A stretch of 64,000 nucleotides of DNA, taken from Octopus sinensis. Lineage: Eukaryota. Positions 1-12,792 of this stretch are shown piece by piece (position 1 is the stretch's first letter; every line of letters starts with the position of its first letter). The notes under the pieces are model-generated. The model had not been told where the DNA came from, did not search any database, and saw nothing but the letters and a program-made list of their open reading frames with translations. The stretch covers positions 620,001 to 684,000 of the forward strand of contig NC_043019.1 of assembly GCF_006345805.1 (NCBI RefSeq). Reading direction: 5' to 3'. A program made the translations under genes and the position numbers.

Positions 1-336
1 CGACAGAGCCATGCCTGCGCCTAAATTAAAACTATACACCGCCATTCCAAACAGGATTAACACGTACTATGCAGAGAATATTGTGAACACACACCGTGTG
101 TATTAATACATTACGCGTTCACAAAGAATTACAACACTAGAAAACGCATACACACACATAGAGCAAAACATACAGAATATTCCCCTATGACATCATCACA
201 AGCATTAAAAATTGTGGCAAACACCACATTTCGAAATAAAAATATGACGCGTATACAAGAATTCACAAAACGTACATTCAAAATTTGAAGCAATTATAAA
301 TATATAGCTGTAAACATTTATGTATATTTTATGCAT

Positions 337-771
337 AGGCGTAGGAGTGGCTGTGTGGTAAGTAGCTTGCTTACCAACCAAATGGTTCCGGGTTCAGTCC
401 TACTGCGTGGCACCTTGGGCAAGTGTCTTCTACTATAGCCTCGGGTCGACCAGAGCCTTGTGAGTGGATTTGGTAGACGGAAAATGAAAGAAGCCCGTCG
501 TATGTATATATATATATATCTATATATATCTATATATGTGTGTGTGTGTTGTGTGCGTGTGTGTGTTTGTGTGTGTGTGTTTCCCCTCACCCAACATCGC
601 TTGACAACAGATGCTGGAGTGTTTGCGTCCCCGTTATCTAGCGGTTCGACAAAAGGGAACGATAGAATAAGTACTAGGCTTACAAAGAATGAAGTCCTGG
701 GGTCGATTTGCTCGACTAAAGGCGGTGCTCCAGCATGGCCGCAGTCAAATAACTTGAAACAAGTAAAAGAG
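337..771 (+). mobile_element. tRNA-derived SINE family A (CORE-like box, internal (TA)n(TG)n, GTAAAAGA tail)
   Basis: Head AGGCGTAGGAGTGGCTGTGTGGTAAG with B-box-like GGTTCAGTCC, CORE-like GCACCTTGGGCAAGTGTCTT, tail GAAACAAGTAAAAGAG; more than 10 copies in the window. Confidence 0.85.
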
Positions 772-1822
772 CATACATTCATTTTCTACTCTATCTTTCC
801 CGTGCTTCCAGTGTTGTTCTGTTCTTTATTTGTCTCTTTTCAATGCGGTCATTCCAAAATAACGTGAAATTTCGATTTACAGATTTTTTTCTTCATCGCA
901 ATTTGTTTTTTAAAATTTTTTCTATTTTTTATTTTTTCTTCAAATGAATTGTTTATGTCCGAAAGGTTACAGCATTTTCATTTCTAACTCTCTGGAGAAA
1001 GAATAAATTTTAAAACTTTCAAGGGGTTCTCATTGCGTGTGTATTATGATATTATGCATTAACATACACAAACACAAATACATACATACACACACAATCA
1101 CGGACGCACCCACACAAACACACGCACCCATAAAACAGAATATATGTATATATATATATATAATTATATTATATATATATATATATATTATATTATTGTA
1201 TATTCTGCGACGACTCTGATTACTAGCTGTCGAATTTACAATTCTGTAATATAATATAATATTTTTTCTAACCATTTATATATATATATATATATATTAT
1301 ATATATTTAATTTGAGTACATATGGTATCTGTGTGTCTGTGCGCGTACGTGGTGTGTGTGTTTTTGTGTTTGAATTATTCCAGTCGACAACTACTGAGAA
1401 CTCGGTTTACTTGACGAACGAAATGTTTATTTATGATTGGGCAACGCACTTATTCATACGCAACCCACACATCTGAATATAAATATTTCTCTTTTAGATC
1501 ATTATATATATTTGAGGTTAACCAGTTTGATATCTCGTCAAACTAAACACATGATATTCTGTTGTTACTGTTCTGTTCCGGGTCAGAATTGGTAGAAATG
1601 AAGCAGATTTAACCCATCCGTCATTTTACCACGTATAATATACTTATTACATTTTCCTTTATCTTTCTTGATGAGGGTGAAATTTACAATGCATCCCAGC
1701 ATGTAGAATTCACAGTTTATTTGGGGTTTTAATATGGATGTCAAATATATAAAATATCTCTAGATCTACAGTACTAGAGCACAGAATATTGTAGAGGAGT
1801 CACCGACTATATATCTGTCCGG

Positions 1823-2245
1823 TAGCGATTGGATATTTTCGCGTAAAGTTTGTTCCACCCCAACTGTGAATCATTTACGTTTGTCTTCTCCTGGACCTTC
1901 TCCGGGATTCCGTGACATTAAAACTTTGTACTTTCAATCCCAAACCTTGCGGAACATGTATGAAGCGATAGATTTGCATAGTAAGTAGAACCGCGGGTTT
2001 AAAAATAAACCACTTCTATATTCATTAGCAAGATAGCGATTGGAAGTTTTCGTGTGAAGTTTGTTCCACCCCAACTGTGAATCATTTACGTTTGTCTTCT
2101 CCTGGAGCCTTCTTCGGGATTCCGTGACGTTAAACCTTTGTACTTTCACTCCAAACCCCGCGGAACATGTACGAAGCGATGGATTTGCATAGTAAGTAGA
2201 ACCGCGGGTTTAAAAAAAACCACTGCTATATTCATTAGCAAGATA
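1823..2245. repeat. Tandem duplication, 2 x ~211 bp
   Basis: TAGCGATTGG...TTCATTAGCAAGATA starts at 1823 and again at 2034 with scattered substitutions. Confidence 0.85.
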
Positions 2246-2276
2246 TCGCAGTCAGAGTTTAAAAGTTTGCTATTAT

Positions 2277-2511
2277 CTATTTCTTTACTACCCACACGGG
2301 GCTAAATACAGAGAGGGGACAAACAAGGACAGACAAACGGATTAAGTCGATTATATCGACCCCAGTGCGTAACTAGTACTTACTTAATCGACCCTGAAAG
2401 GATGAAAGGCAAAGTCGACCTCGGCGGAATTTGAACTCAGAACGTATCGGCAGACGAAATACTGCTAAGCATTTCGCTCGGCGTGCTAACGTTTCTACCA
2501 GCTCGCCGCCT
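2277..2511 (-). mobile_element. SINE family B, full length, with target-site duplication
   Basis: Reverse complement of GGCGGCGAGCTGG...GAGTTCAAATTCCGCC...GTCGACTTTGCCTTTCATCC...AAAGAAATAG; flanks TTTGCTATTATC / TTTGCTAATATC. Confidence 0.85.
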
Positions 2512-2748
2512 TTTGCTAATATCGACTTCACCTCTTTGTCTCCAATGTCGTAAAAAGCTATTGATGGTCTTGCGTCAGTCTCCAGCTGGCGTTACATACT
2601 CAGAATTGATAACAATATAACCACCGCTAACTATTAATAATTTATCAGCTCTCATTATTTGCATTCTACTAAGATATGATTTAAATTCTCTGTTAAAATT
2701 GTGGGAGATGTAAAGTGAATATAATTGACGTTGAGAAATCAAGAAATC

Positions 2749-3000
2749 AGGCGTAGGAGTGGCTGTGTGGTAAGTAGTAGCTTGCTTACGAACCACATGG
2801 TTGCGGGTTCAGTTCCACTGCGTGGCACCTTGGGCAAGTGTCTTCTACTATAGCCACGGGCCGACCAAAGCCCTGTGAGTGGATTATACATTCCGAAAAC
2901 TACTCACAGTAATAAGATCGACAAGCATAAATCATAATCACGTCAGAAATGGCTGTAGACGGAAACTGAAAGAAGACCGTCGTATTATATGTATATATAT

Positions 3001-3032
<32 letters not shown>

Positions 3033-3231
3033 CCCTCCTTCCCTTCTTTCCTGAGCGTCAAATAATACTTTATTGTTCCACGTCCTCGCGTTGCTGTGTT
3101 TTTTTCTGTGTTTTCTTGTTTGGATTAACTATATATAATATATATATATATATATATTATATATATAATAATATATATATATATGTATATATATATATAT
3201 GTATATTATATTATATATATATGTTATAATA

Positions 3232-3279
<48 letters not shown>

Positions 3280-3570
3280 ATATGTGTATATATATATATA
3301 TATATGTGTATATATATGTATATATATATGTATATGTATGTGTGTGTATATGTTTGTGTGTCTGTGTGTGTCCCCAACATCGCTTGACAACCGATGCTAG
3401 TGTGTTTACGTCCCCGTAACTTAGCGGTTCGGAAAAAAGACACCGATGGACTAAGTACTAGGCTTACAAAGAATAACTCCTGGGGTCGATTTGCTCGACT
3501 AAAGGCGGTGCTCCAGCATGGCCACAGTCAAATGACTGAAACAAGTAAAAGGGTAAAGTGTAAAGAGTAA
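2749..3570 (+). mobile_element. SINE family A carrying internal insertions (69-bp templated insert, a repeat fragment, long (TA)n)
   Basis: Head at 2749, tail GAAACAAGTAAAAGGG near 3540-3570; consensus GGATT-TG-GTAGAC is interrupted at 2886-2954. Confidence 0.8.
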
Positions 3571-3854
3571 ATAATAATATTCAGACCTGTGCCTTATAGA
3601 AATGTTCGGTGGGTAAATGGCTGCAAGCATGAAAGAGGAATAACTTGAAGCAATAAATGTTTATTGTACCTATGTGTAAAGCAATAATTAAAGGTGTGAA
3701 AATCATTGATAATCGAATATTACGAAATTGTTATTAATGTTGAATATTGTAACTTCTGCAATAACAATTTTCGGTGATTTGAGCTGCACGGAAAAGAACT
3801 GTTTTTATACAGCCATTTCTGATGTGATTATGAATTATGCTAGTCGATCTTATT

Positions 3855-4253
3855 GTGGAGGCGCAATGGCCCAGTGGTTAGGGCAGCGGACTCGCGGTCG
3901 TAGGATCGCGGTTTCGATTCCCAGACCAGGCGTTGTGAGTGTTTATTGAGCGAAAACAGCTAAAAGCCCCACGAGGCTCCGGCAGGGGATGGTGGTGATC
4001 CCTACTGTACTCTTTCACCACAACTTTCTCTCTCACTCTTACTTCCTGTTTCTGTTGTACCTGTATTTCAAAGGACCGGCCTTGTCACTCTCTGTGTCAC
4101 GCTGAATATCCCCGAGAACTACGTTAAGGGTGCACGTGTCTGTGGAGTGCTCAGACACTTACACGTTAATTTCACGAGCAGGCTGTTCCGTTGATTCGGA
4201 TCAACCGGAACCCTCGTCGTCGTAACCGACGGAGTGCAGAAAGAAAAAGAGAG
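3855..4253 (+). mobile_element. tRNA-derived SINE family C with 25-bp target-site duplication
   Basis: Head GGAGGCGCAATGGCCCAGTGGTTAGGGC with B-box GGTTTCGATTCCC; end CGTAACCGACGGAGTG; TSD 3830-3854 and 4254-4278. Confidence 0.85.
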
Positions 4254-4619
4254 ATGATTTATACTAGTCGATCTTATTACAGTGAGTAGTTTTCGGAATG
4301 TATAAAAATTAATGAATAAGTCACCATTATCAATTTAATCTTTCTCCCTCGCTCTGTCTCTCTCTCTGTCTCTGTTATTTGCTATTTCAATCAGATTTTG
4401 GTGGCATTAATTCCTATGTTGCAAATCAATATTATTCTGTTAAGTGATATATTCGATATATCAGGAAAACTGTTATATTCCAATTAACTCCTAATTCATC
4501 AGTAAAGTTACAAGACAGAGGGAAGTACAGACATTACATAGTTAATCTAATAACGTACATAGCAACATATGCAAACATTTATTCAAGCATTTTCTCTCTG
4601 CTGATTTAAAGCCCAATAT

Positions 4620-4620
4620 A

Positions 4621-4662
<42 letters not shown>

Positions 4663-4771
4663 ATATATATTATATATATTATATATATATATATGTATAT
4701 ATACATATTGATATATACATTTATGTATGAATGTACACGCGTAAACACACATACAGACACACACTATCACT

Positions 4772-4823
<52 letters not shown>

Positions 4824-5089
4824 ACTATCTATCTATCTATATATACATATATACACATATTGTATGAGGTGTATTTAATATCAGACGTTATCTAACATCT
4901 AAGCACATCGATACACACAACATAGTTCTGTAGTCTAGAATATTAACTTGCGCCTGGCCATTGAGATATGTTTAGGTGAAAATTAGTTTTAATATTACAA
5001 GTTTATGACTAATAGCAAAACCAATGTAATATTATAGCTTCATTTCTCAACGGATATATATATATATAAATAAATATAATATAAATATA

Positions 5090-5146
<57 letters not shown>

Positions 5147-5155
5147 TATTTATAA

Positions 5156-5217
<62 letters not shown>

Positions 5218-5502
5218 ATATATATATAATATAATACAAATAAGAAAATGGAGAAACAAATTTAGTTCGTTTATCAACTTTCGGATATTATAATGTTGGA
5301 TTATTTATTCATTTAACAAAATGAGAACATCAATAGCATACAAATATATCCTATAATTCAACACACACACACACACGCACACACCACACACACACACATA
5401 CACACACACACACACACACACAGACAACACACACACACAGACACACACACACATATATATATATATATTGTGTATACATATATATATTATATAATATAAT
5501 AT

Positions 5503-5553
<51 letters not shown>

Positions 5554-5580
5554 TATATATATTATATATATATGTATATT
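4620..5580. repeat. Microsatellite cluster (TA)n, (TCTA)n, (CA)n
   Basis: Direct inspection. Confidence 0.9.
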
Positions 5581-6147
5581 ATGGATGTGTGTATATTCTT
5601 GGAATATATTGGATATGACTCTCATCAAGGATACTCTCTATTACATACTAATTACTTCGTTTATATGTTCAATTACTAGAAACAATGTTTGATGATGAAG
5701 TCAAAATATCCATATATACATACAAGGTGACCGAAAAGTGTTGAGCAAGAGGAAATTTGTCTCATAATTTAGTACACGCGGGCGCGTGAGAATGTGTGTT
5801 TGTATGTGTACCTGGATATGTATCTATGGATATCTGCTATTTTTTAAAACGTCGAATCACGAAGGATATAAATCTATAAATAATACTATGGATTGAAATT
5901 GTTGACATTTGCTCGTGTGAATCGAACCCGCATCGACTATAACATTTTCAGGCTATTATTTACGGCTCGATTTGCTTCGAAATTCACCTAACCCTAACCC
6001 TAAACCTAACCCTGACTGCGACCATGCTGGAGCACCCCCTTTGGTCGGTGGGGGGGGGCGGTGAAACACAGACACACACTCACACACATGTATATATAAT
6101 ATCCCTTAGTTGGTTATTTAATAGCAAACTGAATCTACTCTCTCTTC

Positions 6148-6192
<45 letters not shown>

Positions 6193-7023
6193 TACTGGTA
6201 CGAAATTTAGGGTGTGTGCAGAAATATTTGTGCAGGTTGTATGATGTCTCATCTATTCTTTTGCCTGTATAAATAAGGTGATATAAAGATGAAGATAAGA
6301 AGAATATACATACTTACATATGATACAACACTGTGCTACCCATACCTTAGTTGATAATAATTTGCTAGAACGATGCCAACTCAGTTTTCAACAAGTGTGA
6401 TGAATAATTTAGATGAAACCTTTCTACGAAGATTAACCTGGACTCTAGTACCGATTAAACAGCCAGATGATATCCGGATATGACAGCTACTGACACAATT
6501 TATTACTTGAGGCAATATTCACATATAATTACATATTTAGCGATTACCGAGAAAGGGTTCAACATCCGTGCTTTCAGTGGGATCACCAGCTTGAGACGTG
6601 TTTTAAATTATGATCCCTGTTTCAAATTCGATTCATTCTTCTATATTAACATATAACAAAGGTTTTGTGTGTATGTATCACTTCCTTTCTATTTATCTAT
6701 ATCATATTAACACGTTTCTCCGTACATGTATATTATTACATTTTGAAATTGACTAAGTCATGCATTGTCGACAAACAAGAAACGATTGTCTTTTTTTTCT
6801 ATATTAATATATTGATTAAGTTCTTCCGTTTGTTTTGCAAATAGGGTTTTGTCTCTAATAATATATATACTATTACATATTATCCTAAATCTGATTCAAA
6901 TAGGATTTATCCCTAATATATATATATATATATATAATATATATATAGTAATGCTATTATGAATATATAAGTATCATTAACACTTACATTATACACGCAC
7001 ACACACAAATAAATACATGCATA

Positions 7024-7070
<47 letters not shown>

Positions 7071-7074
<4 letters not shown>

Positions 7075-7688
7075 CGGCCACACCTCGAACACTGCTGCCC
7101 ACTGTCGTTTCCCGATACAAGACAAAACATCTCAAGGATTGAATCACCCCAGAGAGCACTCACTAAACGAAATGAAGGCATGGCTGCTCTCGATTATTGG
7201 GACCGCCTTAAAGCTTTGAAGCTCTACTCTCTTCAGCGTCGCCATGAGCGGTATATCATTTGTACGATGGGGAGAATATACCGCCAACTTTGCCCAAACG
7301 ACCTGAACATTAGCTTCAATGTTCATCCAAGAATGGGACCACAGGCCATACGTCCCCTGCCCAATTCAAGATCACAGCATACATGTACACTGCAACATAA
7401 TTTCTTTTCCTCAACGGGCCCTGCCCTATTTAACATTGTCCCGAAAGAGATCAAAGAGGAAAAGGATCCCATCAACTTTAAACGGAGTCTGGATAGATTT
7501 CTTCAAGGAATACCAGATAAGCCACCCATAATTGGATACAACTCACCCAACAAAAACTCACTACTTGAATGGACCACAAACAAAACTTGACTTAAACAGG
7601 ATTTAGATAATCCTATCAGGTGGTGCTATTAAGTTAGACATGGCCTAGACCAATCTTTGGTTGAAACATATCCAGTTTATCTAAGTTA
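7071..7688 (+). mobile_element. 5'-truncated LINE 3' end (CR1/L2-type ORF2 C-terminus plus 3' UTR)
   Basis: RPHLEHCCPL...YWDRLKALKLYSLQRRHER...FKRSLDRFL matches post-RT motifs of CR1/L2-group LINEs; a second copy of the same 3' end lies at 48462-48778; abuts (TA)n on both sides. Confidence 0.8.
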
Positions 7689-7838
7689 TATATATATATA
7701 ATATATTAATATATATATATGTTGTTGTATTTAGGAATGGTCATGTTGCCAGTTTAGCCAATGAAAACACACGCACATTTGGTGTTAATTTGCTTCAGCT
7801 TTATTTATTTTTTTACATTAATCTTAATCTTATTTCGG

Positions 7839-7878
7839 CCAGAGTTCTTTCGTCACACTTCTGTGGCCTTATCAGTGG
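7839..7878 (-). ncRNA. Decayed minimal type I hammerhead ribozyme motif (G8A)
   Basis: Minus strand: CCA CTGATAA G GCCACA GAAG TGTGAC GAAA G AA C TC TGG; helix I CCA/TGG, helix II 5 of 6 pairs, CUC cleavage triplet. Confidence 0.6.
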
Positions 7879-8564
7879 TCTTTTGCTTTCTTCTTTCTTA
7901 TTTGTGCGTCTCTCCTTACTAACGGTGAGACAAACTGGCTGATGTGGGTCCGATATCGTGATCACCAACAGAACACATTTAGCCAGCGTTTCGTGATCGA
8001 GCGAACCAATGCTTTCTAGATGGAAGTACGATGTCGTAGCCAATACTCATGTTCTCGTAGAGTTGATGAAATCTGTGATTCGCTTTAACTGTACAACGAA
8101 ATGTTTTGGACCATTGGCAAGAACTAGTGCTGGGTCTCTCTTTTAAGACTCCTCGTCTTCATCCAACAGTTCATTGAACAAAATATTGACAGCTTCCCTT
8201 TATCTCTTGCGCGTTACGAAAAACAAAAGAAGCAATAAGTAAAAGAAATAATGTATTTTACGAGAAATGTCTTCGTTTGTTATAGAATTTTTTTGTCTAA
8301 TCAATGGTTCACTGTATTACACATTGGTTATTGACAAACTGTAGTCTGTGCGATGGGATAATTGTAGAAGGTCACAACAGTCTGCGTTCAAGAAGATCAC
8401 AGCAAACATAGATCAAAAGAATTATCGTTTTAATGATTTTGCCGAATATCGCTTACAACTTCGCTTATATATAAGAAACTGAATGATATCCACATACATT
8501 ACGCACATAAATACATTCTTATACACAGACGCACATATATCTACATGTATATACATACCTATAT

Positions 8565-8597
<33 letters not shown>

Positions 8598-8670
8598 CAT
8601 ATATATATTTATATATATATATATACATACATATATATACATAAGTACATACATATACACATGCAGACAT

Positions 8671-8701
<31 letters not shown>

Positions 8702-9049
8702 CGTACACATACACACACACACATATATATACATACATATATACATTCATTATATATATATATATATACATACAAAAATATATACGCACGCACACACATA
8801 CATACAGATATACAAATATACCACTACATATACATTTATCCCCCTCTCTCTCTCCCTCCCCTCCACTCCCCTCGCACTCTTCCCTCTCTTCCACTCTCTT
8901 TCCCCTCTCTCTCCCTCTCTCTCCCTTCTCTAACCCTGTTTATACGCACATACAAACACACGCACACACACTTTTCTTATCACTTACGTGTTTCAGTCAT
9001 TACATTGCGGCCATGCTGGGGCACCACCCTTGGAAGTTGAGGCGAAGGA

Positions 9050-9375
9050 ATCAACCCCACTGCGTAACTGGTACTTATTTAATCGACCCCGAAAGGATGA
9101 AATGCAAAGTCGACCTCGGCGGAATTTGAACTCAGAACGTAGCGACGGACGAAATACCTATGACTTTACTACCCACAAGGGGCTAAACACAGACAGGACA
9201 AACAAGGACAGACAAACGGATTAAGTCGATTATATCGACTCCAGTGCGTAACTGGTACTTATTTAATCGACCCCGAAAGGATGAAAGGCAAAGTCGTCCT
9301 GGGCGGAATTTGATCTCAGAACGTAGCGGCAGACAAATTATCAAATTCTTTATTGCCCACCGGGGGCTAAACATA
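9050..9375 (-). mobile_element. SINE family B partial tandem bodies
   Basis: Repeated GCGTAACTGGTACTTATTTAATCGACCCCGAAAGG units. Confidence 0.8.
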
Positions 9376-9972
9376 GAAATGGACAGAACAACTGATGGAA
9401 TCAGTAAAGCGATGTGATTTTACATATAATGTAACTTTAGAAATTTACATACAATTTATAAAAATCGAGTCGAATTAACTATATAAAAACATACAAATGA
9501 AGCGATGATCAGGCCACGCTCCGACCCCACAAGCCCCGATCTACCTTTTTTTTTTCGTTTTTTGTTTCGTCTATTCACACGGTTCCTTGCTCGCACAACA
9601 CTCGTGCAACATTCTTCCATCTCTTTTGGAACGTACACTGCGACAGAAACCTGTTATTTTCATTAACAGTGGTGTTTAACAGATGCTAATTCTGATTGAG
9701 TAGGAAATGAATCAGGTGTGACCGTTCCTGTAACTTCCATGTCTTTACCAATATCGTGGAGCACAGAATCACATGTGTAGTTCTCCTGTGGAAAGAAATT
9801 TTCCTTGCTTATCCTTCCAGCCAGAGTTAGCAACCAAATTTGCCTCAAGTTACATTACCCTTTCTACATATATAAACACATTGACATATCCAAAGTCTTT
9901 GAATTTTTAAAACTAAAAAAAAAACTTAAATCATACGTGATTCTGATATCACATAGCATTATACATGTATAG

Positions 9973-10352
9973 GGGAGGCGCAATGGCCCAGTGGTTAGGG
10001 CAGCGGACTCGCGGTCATAGGATCGCGGTTTCGATTCCCAGACCGGGCGTTGTGAGTGTTTATTGAGCGAAAACACCTAAAGCTCCACGAGACTCCAGCA
10101 GGGGGTCGTGGCGATCCCTGCTGTACTCTTTCACCACAACTTTCTCTCACTCTTACTTCCCGTTTCTGTTGTACCTGTATTTCAAAGGGCCCGCCTTGTC
10201 ACTCTCTGTGTCACGCTGAATATCCCCGAGAACTACGTTAAGGGTACGCGTGTCTGTGGAGTGCTCAGCCACTTACACGTTAATTTCACGAGCAGGCTGC
10301 TCCGTTGATCGGATCAACCGGAACCCTCATGGTCGTTACCGACGGAGTGCTT
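9973..10352 (+). mobile_element. SINE family C, full length
   Basis: Near-identical to 3855-4253. Confidence 0.85.
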
Positions 10353-10409
10353 CCACCACACACAATATATAGGAACTCATGCTGCAATTATATTAGAAGT
10401 AGATTGAAT

Positions 10410-10590
10410 TCTTTGCATGTTTTATCTTTCTTCCAAGGAGTGTAATGATCCTAGCTTATTTTTCCTTGGGGCTGGCTAGATTGCAGCAATCTCGGGTATA
10501 ACAAGCCGAAATCTGGAACTCGACTGGGGGTAGAAAATTCCGAATGATCCGTCCTTGTTTTCTTAGTATCGCCTGTCTGGATATTTTGTT
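10410..10590. repeat. Dispersed repeat related to 35830-36060
   Basis: Shared CTTTCTTCCAAGGA...TTTTTCCTTGGGGCTGGC.AGATTG.AGCAATCT...AGCCGAAAT. Confidence 0.6.
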
Positions 10591-11866
10591 GCGACCGGCA
10601 AGATCACATGATCACGTGACCTACCAGGCTATCAGATGTTGCTACACATCAGTGGTCGCAATGAACTTTTGCATTGTTTTAGCCTTCAAATGTCACCACC
10701 CCGCTGGCTAGGCGAGCAGGCCAACATTCGTCTTTGGGGGAAAGGGGACTGGAGCAACGTGAAATGAAGCGTCTTGCTCAAGAAGACAACGTGCAAAAGA
10801 CCGATAGAATAAGTACTAGGCTTACAAAGAATATGCCCTGGGGTCGATTTGCTTGACTAAAATGCGGTGCTGTAGCATGGCCACAGTCAAATGACTGAAA
10901 CATGTAAAAGAGTAAAGAGTTATTTGAAACAGAATGTTGCGAGAGTTAAAAATGGCGTATTATAATTTTCCCTGGTACAGTTGTTTGTTTTTATTTGTAT
11001 CCTGATCGAACATACATGTACCAGTGTAATAAAAAATATCAACTAATTATTCACTCAAATATTACGATATCTATAGACCACATAACAAATACGTCATTTT
11101 ATGTTTTAAGGCAGAATATGAGATTTTTTGTTGATTGGTTCGTCTAACATTTCGAAGATGCCTGAGCGACTGAACATCCATATCTTAACTGCTTCTTCAA
11201 TGGCTTGTTTAAAAAGTGAATAAAAACTTGTTAGTGAAATGACAGTGATTTACCAAATAAGCAGCTATAATGTAAAATTATAACGCTGTTGGAAAGGAAG
11301 GAATTTCCACCGTGTTTCGTGGTCTGCTACCACAACAGCTCTCTTACAGGATCCAGTTAGCTCAAGACATCATCAGGAGGAACCACGTCCGGTTTCGGCC
11401 CCTACTCCTCTACTGTTTTGACGCGATGGGACCCCTTTCGGAGGTGTCTCAGCTCTGGTGTTGGGTGCATGTCTTCTTTCTTATATCTTTTGTTCCCTGG
11501 CCTCTTCAATGTAGCGTCAGCGAGTGTCAGCGGGTGACTGACTGTCTTGTAATGCGTAAATGAAATTAATAGCTTTGGTCATAAATGCTCGCATTCGGGT
11601 TCGATTCCACACCACAGTAACTTATGCAAATATCTCCTACCAAAACCTAGGTTCGACCAAATCCTTGTAAGTGAACTATAGTAACAAGAGTGTACATGGA
11701 AGCTGGATAGAGAAACAGTTCTTGCTGTTGATTGGCTCTGATTAACAGAAGCACTTGCCCCTCTGTTATATTTATTGGGGCTACGCACTGGTTCTAGTAT
11801 TAGGAATACATCTAGGGCTGCAAATAAGTTTTACGTTTTCGCACAATAGATTATTTTAATCTAAAG

Positions 11867-12125
11867 CAGCGGGTTTCAACCAAGGTCCGTATAACCCTTG
11901 TGGGTGTCTATGTAATATTTTGTTATTAAAATCTATGTACAACAAATTGGTTATACTTCTAAAATACATGACATATATTAACAATGTGTTACACAATTTC
12001 TAATAGAATATAATTATAAAAATATTATAGACCTTTTTAAATATCGAATGGCTAGAAGACCCACCCCCGCCGTAGAATTTGCATCAGAAAGGTCCAAGGG
12101 AAAAAATGTGTTGAGAAGAACTACT
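11867..12125. mobile_element. Degenerate hAT/Charlie-like MITE (tentative)
   Basis: Starts CAGCGGGTTTCAACC and ends GTTGAGAAGAACTA; resembles CAGTGGTTCTCAACC-type termini, but the match is imperfect. Confidence 0.35.
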
Positions 12126-12561
12126 TTAAAAAAAGTGTCCCAGCACCTGATTTTTTATTATCTATTAGTGACGTACATAGAGGTGAACGATACAATCACG
12201 AATGATGTTACATTAAAGCGCAATTTGGGGTCTATAAAAATTTAACATGATTTTATATAAAATGATTGAATAGACAACACAATGGACAGTTTTTAAACAA
12301 ATGGAGTGGGACGGGTTTACGGACCCCACGAACCCCGCCTCTTCACTGACATCGGTTTTTAAGCTTATCTCGTATCCACGAGAGACCTTATATACACGAC
12401 ATTCTTCCATCTTTCATCACATACTTTCTTACTCAGGCACCTCCTCTCCAGCCTTATTTGTCTCTTTAGGTGAAATATAAAAAATGTCCCAGCACTGAAG
12501 TATGGGAACAAGTTTCTTTTGTCTTTCCTCAGCTAACCAAACTATATCAGAAACTCGAGAA

Positions 12562-12792
12562 GGCGGCGAACTGGCAGAATCGTTAGCACGCTAGGCGAAA
12601 TGCGTAGCCGTATTGCGCCCGTCGCTACGTTCTGAGTTCAAATTCCGCCGAGGTCGACTTTGCCTTTCATCCTTTCGGGGTCGATAAATTAAGTACCAGT
12701 TACGCACTAAGGTCGATTTAATCGACTTAATCCGTTTGTCTGTCCTTGTTTGTCCCCTCTATGTTTAGCCCCTTGTGGGCAATAAAGAAATA
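12562..12792 (+). mobile_element. SINE family B, full length, 14-bp TSD
   Basis: AGAAACTCGAGAAG present on both sides (12549-12562, 12793-12806). Confidence 0.88.

Noticed and set aside
318-867. Recurring ORF peptides such as [14 protein letters not shown] and FSFRLPNPLTR
   Set aside because: They recur because they are translations of SINE family A copies
3855-3930. tRNA gene (also 9973, 22660, 36256)
   Set aside because: A/B-box heads continue into SINE bodies with TSDs; tRNA-derived rather than functional tRNAs
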